Assembly: GCA_030526455.1 (NCBI GenBank)
Contig: JAUNCU010000001.1
Span: 1,402 to 42,581 of the forward strand
Source of the DNA: Bacteroidales bacterium
GTDB lineage: Bacteria; Bacteroidota; Bacteroidia; Bacteroidales; Muribaculaceae
Length of the DNA stretch: 41,180 bases
Direction of reading: 5' to 3'
How positions within the stretch are numbered: position 1 is the first letter of the stretch; the number at the start of each line of letters is the position of its first letter. The notes beneath the pieces are model-generated. The model was not told the DNA's origin, made no database searches, and was given only the letters and a program-made list of their open reading frames with translations. Below, in pieces: positions 17,198 through 26,357 of the stretch. The translations under genes and the position numbers were made by a program.

Positions 17198-18433
17198 TTA
17201 CCCAGGGAGGTCGATTACGCAGGTTTTGGTTGTGGAGGGGGCGTGGCGGCGGAAGATTTCGTGGTCTTCTTCGTTGGTGATTACCCAGCAGAGTGGGGTG
17301 CGCATGGTGGGTGGGATGTCGGGGAAGGGGGCGCCGCCGTCGGTGTAGATGATGGCGCCGTCGTATTGCGGGCTGCGTGCCACCAGGTCGACGAATGGCT
17401 GGAAGGAGGTGCCGCCGCGGCCGGTGACTTCCACCTTGGGGGAGGCTTTGCTGATGCTCTTCACCTCGCCCAGGGCGTGGTCGAACTGCACTACGTCGAT
17501 TTCCTTGATGCCGTATCGGAAGAAGCGGTTGATGGTGGTGTAGAAGTGCTGCAGTTGCTCGCTGCTTACGCTGGCGCTCACGTCGACGCCCACGATGAGG
17601 CGCGTGGTGAAGTGGTAGCGGCTGCCCATCTGGTCGAATCCGGAACGGCGGTTGGGGCGCATGCGGGTGAGGCGGCGCGCCTGTGAGAGCACCGATGCGC
17701 GGAATCGTGCCAGCACCTTGCGGTAGTCGATGCGCGCCTTTGTGGATGCGATGATTTGCTCCACTGCTGAGCCGGGGATGGAGCCCCAGTTCTGCACATG
17801 GTTGATCATGTCGTTGATTTGCTCCTTCATGAGTTCGTCGTGCTGCCAATTCTCGGCCATATCGGCTGTGGTGCCGAAGGGGGTGCGGTGGTCGTGCCTC
17901 TCTTCTTCATCTTCAGCGCCTTCGCTCGGCGCCATTTCGGCATTGGAGCCATAGTCGAAGCCGTGTTCTGACTCGGTGCGGCACTCGATGTCGTCGAACG
18001 AATAATCTGTCGGGAGGCTGTCGGTGTCGCGTTTCTTCTGGATTTGGCGGGCGTAGAATTCGTAATGGCCATCGCGGGGGAGTTCGAAGTCGCTAGCGTC
18101 GTCGATGGTGAAGGTGCGGAAATAGTAGTTGTCGCTCACCACGCAGTTGCTGCCTTGTGCGCATGCGAGGCGGCCGCATCCCTCGGGCTGGCGTTCGTAG
18201 GGGTGCTTGAGCAGGATTCTAATCATCTCCACCTTCATGCGCTCCTGCAGTTCGTCGTCGGTGCAGGAGGCGCAGCGTGTGGGGTTGAATTCAAATGCGC
18301 CCTTTCCCACGCGCATGTGGCATTGCATGGTGGAGTTTTCCATCAAGCGATGGCTGCAGAAGGTGGTGAAGAGGGCTTCCTCGTAGAGAAACCAGTGCTG
18401 TGCGATTTGTGAAATGCGTTCTCTTGCTGTCAT
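17198..18433 (-). CDS. DUF2201-type peptidase-like N-domain + vWA-like domain protein
   Basis: MIDAS DVSASVS, RGGTSF, IYTDG; RMRPNRR linker; HExxH position reads VEMIRILLKH. Confidence 0.85.
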   Translation of the reverse strand: MTARERISQIAQHWFLYEEALFTTFCSHRLMENSTMQCHMRVGKGAFEFNPTRCASCTDDELQERMKVEMIRILLKHPYERQPEGCGRLACAQGSNCVVSDNYYFRTFTIDDASDFELPRDGHYEFYARQIQKKRDTDSLPTDYSFDDIECRTESEHGFDYGSNAEMAPSEGAEDEEERHDHRTPFGTTADMAENWQHDELMKEQINDMINHVQNWGSIPGSAVEQIIASTKARIDYRKVLARFRASVLSQARRLTRMRPNRRSGFDQMGSRYHFTTRLIVGVDVSASVSSEQLQHFYTTINRFFRYGIKEIDVVQFDHALGEVKSISKASPKVEVTGRGGTSFQPFVDLVARSPQYDGAIIYTDGGAPFPDIPPTMRTPLCWVITNEEDHEIFRRHAPSTTKTCVIDLPG

Positions 18434-18452
18434 GGATGGGATGCGTGAGTGT

Positions 18453-19550
18453 TTAGATTTGGTCGATGTAGTCGATCATGTGGTCGTAGACGTTGCGGGC
18501 GTATACGAGCATGAAGGTGAGGGCCTTGGTGTAGGAGCCTTTTTCGAAGATGCTGGTGAAATTGGCGAGTGCTTCACGCTGCTTGTTGTCGGCGAGCCAT
18601 TCCACATAGGCGGTGAGGTTTTTCGCCACCACATTCTTCTCGCGCTCGCCGAGGTCGGTGTGCTCGAGGTAGAGGAAAATCGACTCGTTGAGTTGTGCCA
18701 ACTCGTGAAGTTCGAATTTCTGCACCTTCTTCATCGAAGAGACGTATTTCGTGAGCAAATCCTTGCCCGTGATGTTGCCCGCGCGCAAAGTGTGGCGCAC
18801 GAATGCCACTGTGGCGGCTGTGCCAATCACGCCGGCAAGAATGAGTTTGTGCACATCGTCGATGGTGTCGATGTTGCGCATGATGTCCGACACCTTCTTC
18901 CACGCGCGGCGGTCGGGCGTCTTGTCGAGGCCCTGTGCTTGCTGCTTCTGCGCCTCGTCGCCGCCGTCGAGCCATGAGGGGCTAGACTGGATGAAGTTCA
19001 CCACGCGGTCGTCGAGTTTGTGCTCCATCGCCCAGTTGAGCCATTCTTCCACCTTGGGGCGAAACTCGTAGACGTTGAAGCGGCTCACCAGCGCCGGGTC
19101 GAGGTCGGTGAGTTGGTACTCCTCGCCATCGTTCACCGCTGCAATCACGCGGCTGCCTTCGGGCAGCGACTTTCCGGCGAGCGTGCGGTTGAGGGTGAGG
19201 TCCATCACGGTCTGCAGAATCTCGGGGCGCGCTCTGTTGAGTTCGTCGAGGAAGAGCACCACCGGCTGTCCGTCGGTGGGAAACCAGTAGGGTGGGGTGA
19301 AGTCGGTCTGCGCAGTCACGTTGCCGTCGGCATCTTTCTTTTCGATGCGCGCGGGCAGACCGATGATGTCGCCCGGGTCGGCCATCTGCCCCAGGAAAAG
19401 CGTAATCACGCGCATGCCCTGCTGCTGGAAGTGCTGCGTGAGGATTTCCGATTTGCCAATGCCGTGCTTGCCCACGAGCATCACATTTTGTGAGGCTGGG
19501 GTGAGGTAGAGTGTTTCTTTGAGTTCGGTGGTGTTGATTGCTACTGCCAT
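18453..19550 (-). CDS. MoxR-like AAA+ ATPase
   Basis: Walker A GKHGIGKS, Walker B VLFLDELNRA, DPALVSRF, TPDRRAW; directly upstream of the vWA gene. Confidence 0.9.
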   Translation of the reverse strand: MAVAINTTELKETLYLTPASQNVMLVGKHGIGKSEILTQHFQQQGMRVITLFLGQMADPGDIIGLPARIEKKDADGNVTAQTDFTPPYWFPTDGQPVVLFLDELNRARPEILQTVMDLTLNRTLAGKSLPEGSRVIAAVNDGEEYQLTDLDPALVSRFNVYEFRPKVEEWLNWAMEHKLDDRVVNFIQSSPSWLDGGDEAQKQQAQGLDKTPDRRAWKKVSDIMRNIDTIDDVHKLILAGVIGTAATVAFVRHTLRAGNITGKDLLTKYVSSMKKVQKFELHELAQLNESIFLYLEHTDLGEREKNVVAKNLTAYVEWLADNKQREALANFTSIFEKGSYTKALTFMLVYARNVYDHMIDYIDQI

Positions 19551-19619
19551 GATGAAAAATGAATTTTTATGTGGGGTTAATAATTTTTTTGTTTTTAGAG
19601 TGTGCCGAAAGAACGTGGG

Positions 19620-20354
19620 CTACTGCCTGAAGAAGCGCTTGATGGGGATGCGGCGGTGCAGGTCGACCAACTTCTTGAGCGCTTCGATTTGAGTCGGGAA
19701 GTTGCGCTCGTAGGACCGCCACCAGGCGAAGAGATACACGCCCAATTGACTTTCGGGCAGGAATACCTTCACGCGCAAGCGGCGCTTCTGCACCTTGAAG
19801 AGGTATTTCACGTCGGGGTAGTCTTTCATCGCTTCTTCAAACATCGACTGGGCGTGGAAAGCGCCGAGTTTGTTCTTCTTCATGCACTTCGCTATGCTGA
19901 GGTGGAGCGGCTCCCACTCTTCGATGTAGGAGTCGAGAAGACCCTGCTGCATCACGAGCCAGTCGACCACATCCTGGGCGGTGTGGCAGCGTATTTGCTC
20001 AAATGCGATTCGGGTGGAGTTCACCCTGAACAGCAGTTCCTTATATTCGTAGAATAAGCATAGCGTGCAGAATGGCGAGAGCCTTACCATGAAGTATTGT
20101 ACATGGTCCTTTGAGCGCTCGTCGTCGCCATATTTCACTTTTGTGACGCTGTCGCTGCCCAGTGCGTCGTGTTGCTTCACCAAGTGTAGCACCTTGTCGA
20201 GCCGTGGAGCCTTCACTACCACTTCGGCATCGGCCTGCGTGGTGTTGTTGGCAATCTTAAGGCTGAGAAACACGTCGAGCGCGGCCGTTTTGTCGTCGTT
20301 CATGAGGTGTGATGTGACTTTGCTGCGAATGCTGCTTTTGCTGTAATGTGCCAT
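19620..20354 (-). CDS. Hypothetical protein, tandem paralogue 3 (244 aa)
   Basis: Shares FRVNS..CHTA..VV.W, FP/YPDVKY, LP..G, SYE..P..I.AL..L...H...PIK.FF with its two neighbours. Confidence 0.85.
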   Translation of the reverse strand: MAHYSKSSIRSKVTSHLMNDDKTAALDVFLSLKIANNTTQADAEVVVKAPRLDKVLHLVKQHDALGSDSVTKVKYGDDERSKDHVQYFMVRLSPFCTLCLFYEYKELLFRVNSTRIAFEQIRCHTAQDVVDWLVMQQGLLDSYIEEWEPLHLSIAKCMKKNKLGAFHAQSMFEEAMKDYPDVKYLFKVQKRRLRVKVFLPESQLGVYLFAWWRSYERNFPTQIEALKKLVDLHRRIPIKRFFRQ

Positions 20355-20369
20355 GCGTGGTTTTGAGAT

Positions 20370-21122
20370 TTAGCGGGGTGTGTATTTCGAGTGTTTTGTG
20401 TAGGTGAAAAACGATTTGATGGGGCAATTGCTGTGCATCTCAATCAACTCTCGGAGAGCATCAATGTCGGCGGGGAGCGTCTTTTCGTAGGACCCGTACC
20501 AGAGGTTGATGTGCGCCCCGATTGTGGTTCCGGGCAAGTACACCCTGCAGGCCAAGTAGCGCTTGCGCTCACGGCATTCGTATTTCACGTCGGGAAATTC
20601 CTTCATCGCCGCCTCGAAGAGCGTGCGGGCTCGGATGATGCGAAGTTTTTTCTTCTTCAATTCCTTCATGGCCTCCATCATCAAATCTTCTACTTTTTGG
20701 GAGAGTTTGTCGGCATTCAATTTGTGATTCACAATCCACTCCACCACGCTTTCGGCGGTGTGGCAGTGGATGAGCCGCTCCGATTCATAGTAACTGTTCA
20801 CTCTAAACTTGAGCGTGCACTCCCTGTAACTGATTTCGATGTTGTAGATGGGGGAGATCCTCACAAGGAAACTGTTGGTAAAGAGGCGGTCGCGTTCTAA
20901 ACTGGGGTAACAGGCGATGTCGCTTTCTGAAAAAGCCTCGTGCTGGCGCAGCAGTTTTGCCGCCTGGGTGAGAATGCTGTATTCTGCCTTTTTGCTTTCG
21001 CCCGGGTCGCGGTTTTCCATCAGCATAGCGAGTGCTACGCTCATCACCGTCTCTTGGTCGCGTCCCTCTTCGAACAAGCGAACCAACTCGTTGCAAATTG
21101 TCTTATTACTGTAGATAGCCAT
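20370..21122 (-). CDS. Hypothetical protein, tandem paralogue 2 (250 aa)
   Basis: Same shared motifs as 19620-20354 and 21167-21925. Confidence 0.85.
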   Translation of the reverse strand: MAIYSNKTICNELVRLFEEGRDQETVMSVALAMLMENRDPGESKKAEYSILTQAAKLLRQHEAFSESDIACYPSLERDRLFTNSFLVRISPIYNIEISYRECTLKFRVNSYYESERLIHCHTAESVVEWIVNHKLNADKLSQKVEDLMMEAMKELKKKKLRIIRARTLFEAAMKEFPDVKYECRERKRYLACRVYLPGTTIGAHINLWYGSYEKTLPADIDALRELIEMHSNCPIKSFFTYTKHSKYTPR

Positions 21123-21166
21123 GTGATTGTGTCGTTATTAGTGGGATGAAGATGTGAATCAACTGA

Positions 21167-21925
21167 TTACCTGTTGATGAAAAACTCTTTGATAGGGCAA
21201 TTGCGGTGCACTTCGATAAGCCTTTTGAGGGCTTTTGCCTTGGGTGGGAGCGTTTGCTCATAGGTGTCCTTGCTGGCATGGATGCATACCCCTACAGGAC
21301 TATCGGGCAAGTTCACGGTGAACGTCAAGTCGGTAAGGGTTTCCTCGCAAGTGTAGCGCACTGCGGGGTATTCTTTCACTTCCTCTTCTAAGATAGCCTT
21401 GGCAAGGGTGGCGCAAAGTTGGTTCTTCTTGAAGCGTTTCAGCGTGTCGGTCGCCACGTTGTCGGCCTGCTTCAGAATGGAGTCGAATTGCCTCTTGTTG
21501 TTCTCGATCCACGCTGCCAGTTTTTCGGGAGAAGAGCATTGCAACACCTGTTCGGTGGAATTTAAGTAGTTTACCGTAAATATAAGTTTATCTTCTTTCC
21601 ACTCCTCTTTTGTCTTGTATGACTCTTTAGAGGTCATGATGCGCAAGGTGCATGCAGGCGAAAAAAACACAGAGGTCACGCTGCCCACGAGGTGCTTTTC
21701 TTTGTCGTAATAACTGCCCATTTCACTTTCTTTAAACGCCTTGTGCTCAAGCAGCAGATCCACCGTCTTTTGCACGATGTCTTTCTCGAGTTTGCCGTTG
21801 TCGCGAGGAGCGTTGTTGGCCATCAGCATAGCGATAACCATCCTCTGGATTTCTCTTTTGTCGCGTTTGTCGAAGTATACCTTCAACAATTCATCGCGAA
21901 ATTCGTCGGTCACGTAATTTTCCAT
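21167..21925 (-). CDS. Hypothetical protein, tandem paralogue 1 (252 aa)
   Basis: Same shared motifs, e.g. EYPAVRY, LPDSPVG, HRNCPIKEFF. Confidence 0.85.
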   Translation of the reverse strand: MENYVTDEFRDELLKVYFDKRDKREIQRMVIAMLMANNAPRDNGKLEKDIVQKTVDLLLEHKAFKESEMGSYYDKEKHLVGSVTSVFFSPACTLRIMTSKESYKTKEEWKEDKLIFTVNYLNSTEQVLQCSSPEKLAAWIENNKRQFDSILKQADNVATDTLKRFKKNQLCATLAKAILEEEVKEYPAVRYTCEETLTDLTFTVNLPDSPVGVCIHASKDTYEQTLPPKAKALKRLIEVHRNCPIKEFFINR

Positions 21926-21995
21926 TTGCCAGTGTATTGTGATTTAAGAATAAGTATATAAGTATGGATAGATAAAAGCCCCCCCCTTTTATCTA

Positions 21996-22880
21996 TTATT
22001 GGGAGGTGATTCGTTCGCCGAAGCGGGCGGCGAAGTAGGCGTAGTCTTCGTCGCCTATATCTATTGGGTCGAGGATGGTGGGCGGGCAGAAGATCAGGTA
22101 TTGCTGGTGGCCGAGTTGCTCTGCCAGGTAGATGCCCAGGCGGGCGGCGTGGTCCATGTCTTCGAGCACCACGTATTCCTCGTCGGTGTGCTGGTGGTAG
22201 TAGCCGGTGCCGAAGTTCATGCAGGCCACATCGGTGTAGGGGCGCAGCACCGCCACATCGGTGTAGGGGTCGGACTGGTAGTTGGTGATGCCGAATTTCT
22301 CCTCCAGTGGGGCGAGGTGGCTGTCGAAGAACTCACGGTCGAAGAGGCGCACGCCGTTGCACGCCCACGAAGCGCGGTTGCGCCCTGGGGCGTCGAAGGC
22401 GATGATGTAGCCCACGTCGGCGAGCCATTCCTCGTCTACTTTCAGGCTGCCCTTGCACCCGATTTCCTCCTCCACGAAGAAGACGGCCTTGCACGCGGGA
22501 AGTCTGTCGATGATGCTCAGCACCACTGCCACGCCCGCTTTGTCGTCGCCGCCGAGTCCCTTTCCCTCGCAGCGCACGCGGTGGAGTCCGTCGGCGTCGA
22601 CCTCTGTGATCAACTCCAGCGATTTGCAATCCTGCGCCAGGGGTTTTTGCCAGTGCTGCACGGTGTCGATGTGAGCCGTGAGGCAGGGGTAGAATTCGTC
22701 TTTAGCCACTGTGCCCTTGGTGAAGTAGATGTTGCCCATCGCGTCTTTCCCCCAGTGGTAGCCATTCTCGATCGCGTGGCGCATGAGAAACATCTGCATC
22801 CCGATTTCGTGGCGATACACGGTGGGAACTGAAAGCACTTTAAGTGCGAGGGTGGTGTCGAGTGTTGTGATGTGGGTCAT
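21996..22880 (-). CDS. M20/M28-clan Zn metallopeptidase
   Basis: TAHIDTV, GLGGDDKAG, VEEEIG, AFDAPG, TDV, GYYHQHTDEE; ATG at 22880, since the longer ORF-track start runs through the repeat element. Confidence 0.85.
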   Translation of the reverse strand: MTHITTLDTTLALKVLSVPTVYRHEIGMQMFLMRHAIENGYHWGKDAMGNIYFTKGTVAKDEFYPCLTAHIDTVQHWQKPLAQDCKSLELITEVDADGLHRVRCEGKGLGGDDKAGVAVVLSIIDRLPACKAVFFVEEEIGCKGSLKVDEEWLADVGYIIAFDAPGRNRASWACNGVRLFDREFFDSHLAPLEEKFGITNYQSDPYTDVAVLRPYTDVACMNFGTGYYHQHTDEEYVVLEDMDHAARLGIYLAEQLGHQQYLIFCPPTILDPIDIGDEDYAYFAARFGERITSQ

Positions 22881-22924
22881 AGTTGTTTCTGCTTGTTTTT
22901 TTGTTTTTTTTGTTGTTGATGCTG

Positions 22925-23154
22925 AGGGGGCGAAAACTCGGGCTGCTACCATAACCGACCCTCTCCGAGGCTCATTCCCTTGTGGTTTCTTATCTCCAAG
23001 CGGCGCGAGCGAATTGCTGCGCAATTCTCTCGCTTGCATGGAGTTAACCATAATAAGCCGTCTCCGACGGCGGAGGGTGGTCGCCTAGCGTTCGTGGGTG
23101 GTCGGCTAGCGTTTTTGCAATCGGCGTTTCGCATTTCGGGTTTTCGCACAGGCT
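22925..23154 (+). mobile_element. MITE/REP-like element, copy 2 (degenerate TIRs)
   Basis: Core 22931-23090 matches copy 1; right end gggttttcgcacaggct (23138-23154) resembles the TIR. Confidence 0.7.
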
Positions 23155-23222
23155 TGAGGGTGGGCTGGCAAGGGATGCTGAGGGGGCTTCATCCCTTGCC
23201 GGCTGGGTGCGTTTCGGGTCGG

Positions 23223-23519
23223 CTAGGCGAGTTGGGCCACAAACACCCAGTGCTCGTTGCCGCTCACCGAGAGGATGGGTTTCTCCTTCGCGCCGATACC
23301 CATGGCGGTGAGTGTGCGGCTAATGGTGAGGGCCTCGTCGCGGCTCTTGCAGATGGCAAGCACGTTGCGGGCGTGGTCGACCTCGGTGCGTACGAGGCTA
23401 CCCATGATGCGCTGAATCTTGCTAGCCATCTTTGCGGCCCTTACGCCCTTGTTGAGCGAACGGGTGGTTTTTGCATTTCCTTTCAGATTTTCAATGTCGA
23501 ATAAATTTGCTGCTGCCAT
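23223..23519 (-). CDS. Small basic hypothetical protein (98 aa)
   Basis: ATG preceded by an AT-rich leader, co-oriented with the surrounding genes; no recognised motif. Confidence 0.6.
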   Translation of the reverse strand: MAAANLFDIENLKGNAKTTRSLNKGVRAAKMASKIQRIMGSLVRTEVDHARNVLAICKSRDEALTISRTLTAMGIGAKEKPILSVSGNEHWVFVAQLA

Positions 23520-23696
23520 AGTAGTAAACTTTTTAAAGGTTAATAAAAAAATGAGTTGTTTTCGTAGAATTGCGATTCTTGCGGCTTAGGTGTGCTTTGC
23601 CATGTGAAAATCAGAAGTGGATGGTGCGCGGCGGTGTGTGCGCTACGCCTGGTGGCTGAGGAGCCGAGGCACACACTGCCGCGCGATCACTCGCCC

Positions 23697-24389
23697 CTAC
23701 TGCTGGCTGGGGCGCAGGATGAACTGGCGGTTCTTGAAGTCGAACACCACGGTGAACGCCTTCAGCAAGTCGGCACCCACCACGCAGGTGAATCCCATCA
23801 TCGCCATCATGCTCTCGAGCGAACTGAGGTTGCCCGCCTTCAGTGCGAAAGGCAGCCCTGCCACTTCGGCGTCGAGGCTGAAGATGGGCGTGGTGAAGCG
23901 GCCACCCAGCATGGGGTTGAAGTCTTCGCGCTCGCCTTCCGAAGCGAGGCCGGCGCTAATGTCGTGGTGCACGTAGGCAGTGGGAGCGCCGGTGTCGATC
24001 ACGGTGTTCACCTGCTTGCCGCCGATGGTGAGCGCAATCTGCGCATACATGCCACCGCCACGCAGTGCCACTGTGGTGCCGCCATCGAGCGCGATAGGCT
24101 CGTCGCTCAGCGTGAGCGTGCCACCTTGCATGTCGATGCACATGCAGTACTGGCTCAGCACGTCGAGGCCCAGGAGGCAGTCGAATTCCAATTCGGCCAG
24201 GCGGCAAAGGCTGTCGACGTCGCCCACCATAGGCAACGACTGCGAAACGGGATGCACATCGCCCATGAGTGAGAGTTCGCCACTACGCGCAATTGTGAAA
24301 GGTGAACCAGTATCCACCAGCATCTTCACGCCGTTTTCAGAAATCATCAGGTGATTGTTCTCGATAGAGAGTTGATAGGTGTTCATCAT
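23697..24389 (-). CDS. Two-domain retropepsin-like aspartyl protease
   Basis: Two catalytic motifs LVDTGS and VIDTGA, each followed by a LLGLDVL/VVGADLL strand; no signal peptide. Confidence 0.85.
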   Translation of the reverse strand: MMNTYQLSIENNHLMISENGVKMLVDTGSPFTIARSGELSLMGDVHPVSQSLPMVGDVDSLCRLAELEFDCLLGLDVLSQYCMCIDMQGGTLTLSDEPIALDGGTTVALRGGGMYAQIALTIGGKQVNTVIDTGAPTAYVHHDISAGLASEGEREDFNPMLGGRFTTPIFSLDAEVAGLPFALKAGNLSSLESMMAMMGFTCVVGADLLKAFTVVFDFKNRQFILRPSQQ

Positions 24390-24455
24390 AAATTAGTATT
24401 ATTTTAATGGTTAGTAATCGTGTTCGTGTTTTCACGGGAAAACTTTTTACGGTTG

Positions 24456-24487
24456 CAAAGTTAAGTCAAATATTTTGATTATTCAAA
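24456..24487 (-). promoter_or_regulatory. Promoter heading the protease-paralogue-AAA-vWA cluster
   Basis: -7 TAACTTTG (24456-24463), -33 TTTG (24484-24487), 20 bp spacer. Confidence 0.6.
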
Positions 24488-24567
24488 TTTTTTGACAAAA
24501 ATTTATATATTTTTTCATCGATAGGCAGCGAAGTGAGCAGTGCTATGCGGTGGAAAATGCCTGTATG

Positions 24568-25128
24568 TTAAGCATTTGCGCGCTCTGCAATTTCTTCTGG
24601 AATTTCTACCGTGTACTCCAAATCGTCGAGGCAAACGTCGAGTTGAAGGACCTCCTCGCAGAATTTTTTCAGTTCGGCGCCAAATAGGCCACACATGTAG
24701 TCGTCAAGCCATTCCTGGAAAGCGTCCCACTCGTCATTGTCCAGCGCTTCTTCGTCGAGGTTGCCATCCGCGTCGAGGTAGTCGGCCTCGTCGTGCTCGA
24801 AAGTGAAGCCGCAATTAGCCTTGCAGTAGTCCATCACTTCAGCGAGGTCGCAACCGTAGGCACCATCCTTATAGCCCTCCCATAGCCAATACTCTTCCTC
24901 GGCTTCCGTCGCCAACTGGCGATAGGCGGCGTCAAGTTTGTCGTAGAGCGCAGGGTGCGACTCCTTCAGGCCCAGTTCGTCGGCATTGGTGCTGCCGTGT
25001 TCCTTTACCAGGCTCACGAGCACATCCACCTCGGCGTCGCTCAATTCCACCTCGCCATCCCCAGAGACATACTCAGGGCAACAATGACTACAGAGTTCAT
25101 TCTCGTAAGTGATACTGTACTTTTTCAT
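24568..25128 (-). CDS. Highly acidic hypothetical protein (186 aa) downstream of rtcB
   Basis: ATG at 25128 (MKKYSITYENE); about 51 D/E versus about 11 K/R by hand count. Confidence 0.8.
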   Translation of the reverse strand: MKKYSITYENELCSHCCPEYVSGDGEVELSDAEVDVLVSLVKEHGSTNADELGLKESHPALYDKLDAAYRQLATEAEEEYWLWEGYKDGAYGCDLAEVMDYCKANCGFTFEHDEADYLDADGNLDEEALDNDEWDAFQEWLDDYMCGLFGAELKKFCEEVLQLDVCLDDLEYTVEIPEEIAERANA

Positions 25129-25184
25129 AATAGATCGGTATTTTTTGTGTTGATAATGTAGCAAAAAACGTGCCAAATTCAGGT

Positions 25185-26357
25185 TTAGCCTTTGATTACG
25201 GCTATTGGCAGGAGGCGGGTTTTTATCTTCACCAGGTCGAGTTGGTTGGCAATCACCTGCTCTATGTCTTTGTAGGCACCGGAGGCTTCTTCCATGTCGT
25301 TCTGGCAGCGGATGGCGTGCACGATGCCTTTTGCCTCGAGTCGGGCCACCTCTTCGGCCATGTTCAGCGTGCGCACAGCGGCCTTTCTCGAAAGCGTGCG
25401 GCCGGCGCCGTGTGAGCATGAGCAGAAGGAGTCGGGGTTGCCGAGCCCCTCCACGATGTAGGATGCCGTGCCCTGTGAGCCTGGGATGATGCCCGTGGTG
25501 CCTTTGCGCGCCAGCGTTGCGCCTTTGCGGTGCACAATCACGTCCTTGCCGAAGTGGTGCTCGATGGCGGCGTAGTTGTGGGCGATGTTGATCATGGGCT
25601 CAAACTTGATGCCCTGCAGCGCGCTAGCCAGCACATCCTCGATGCGCTCCATCATGAGTTTGCGGTTGCACAGGGCAAACTCCACGCAGTAGTTCATCTC
25701 GTTGAAATACATATCGTATTCCTTGCTTCCTCGTGCCAGGAAGGGTAGACGTATCTCTGGTGCCACCACTGAGTGCCACTTTCGGTTGAGGCGTGCTGCC
25801 ACTTCGTTGTAGTGGTCGCCCACTTGCTTGCCAAGGTTGCGCGAGCCCGAGTGAATCATGACCCACAGCGTGTCGGTCTCGTCCTTCTGCAGTTCGATGA
25901 AGTGGTTGCCTCCACCCAGTGTTCCCACCTCGTGGCGAACCGAGTGCTGGCGGCGCTTCACCACCTCCATACCGTCGACATCGAATCCCGTGGGCAGATA
26001 TTTCTCGTCCTGCGCCTCCTTGTGGTGGGTCTTGCCCAGGGGGATGCGCTTGCGAATACCTCGCATGATGTCCTTGCGCAGCACCTCGAGCGGGATGTCG
26101 GTCGTTTTCCAGTTGGTCTTCACGGCACACATGCCACAGCCTATGTCCACACCCACGGCATTGGGGATGATGGCGTCGTAGCATGCCAGCACGCCACCTA
26201 TGGGCATTCCCATGCCGGCATGCACGTCGGGCATGATGGCGAGGTGGTGGAAAAGGAAAGGAAGAGTGGTGAGATTCTCAATCTGGCTCATGGCCGAATC
26301 TTCCACTTCGCTAGTCCAGATTTTCACTGGGCGATTGTTGATGATTTTTACTTCCAT
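25185..26357 (-). CDS. rtcB: RtcB 3'-phosphate/5'-OH RNA ligase
   Basis: MPDVHAG, VGVDIGCGM, GTLGGGNHFIE, HSGSR, HNYA, HRKGAT, SHGAGR, AYK. Confidence 0.95.
   Translation of the reverse strand: MEVKIINNRPVKIWTSEVEDSAMSQIENLTTLPFLFHHLAIMPDVHAGMGMPIGGVLACYDAIIPNAVGVDIGCGMCAVKTNWKTTDIPLEVLRKDIMRGIRKRIPLGKTHHKEAQDEKYLPTGFDVDGMEVVKRRQHSVRHEVGTLGGGNHFIELQKDETDTLWVMIHSGSRNLGKQVGDHYNEVAARLNRKWHSVVAPEIRLPFLARGSKEYDMYFNEMNYCVEFALCNRKLMMERIEDVLASALQGIKFEPMINIAHNYAAIEHHFGKDVIVHRKGATLARKGTTGIIPGSQGTASYIVEGLGNPDSFCSCSHGAGRTLSRKAAVRTLNMAEEVARLEAKGIVHAIRCQNDMEEASGAYKDIEQVIANQLDLVKIKTRLLPIAVIKG

Noticed and set aside
19620-21925. DGR or shufflon explanation for the paralogues
   Set aside because: No reverse transcriptase or recombinase, and no near-identical DNA repeats seen between the copies
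22881-23051. N-terminal extension of the peptidase, and ORFs 22980-23504 and 27526-27930
   Set aside because: Reading frames running through the repeat element; ATG 22880 fits the domain start
24568-25419. 283 aa version of the acidic protein; likewise the 34653 start of the wHTH gene
   Set aside because: The extensions overlap rtcB or the promoter region; ATG 25128 and ATG 34473 preferred
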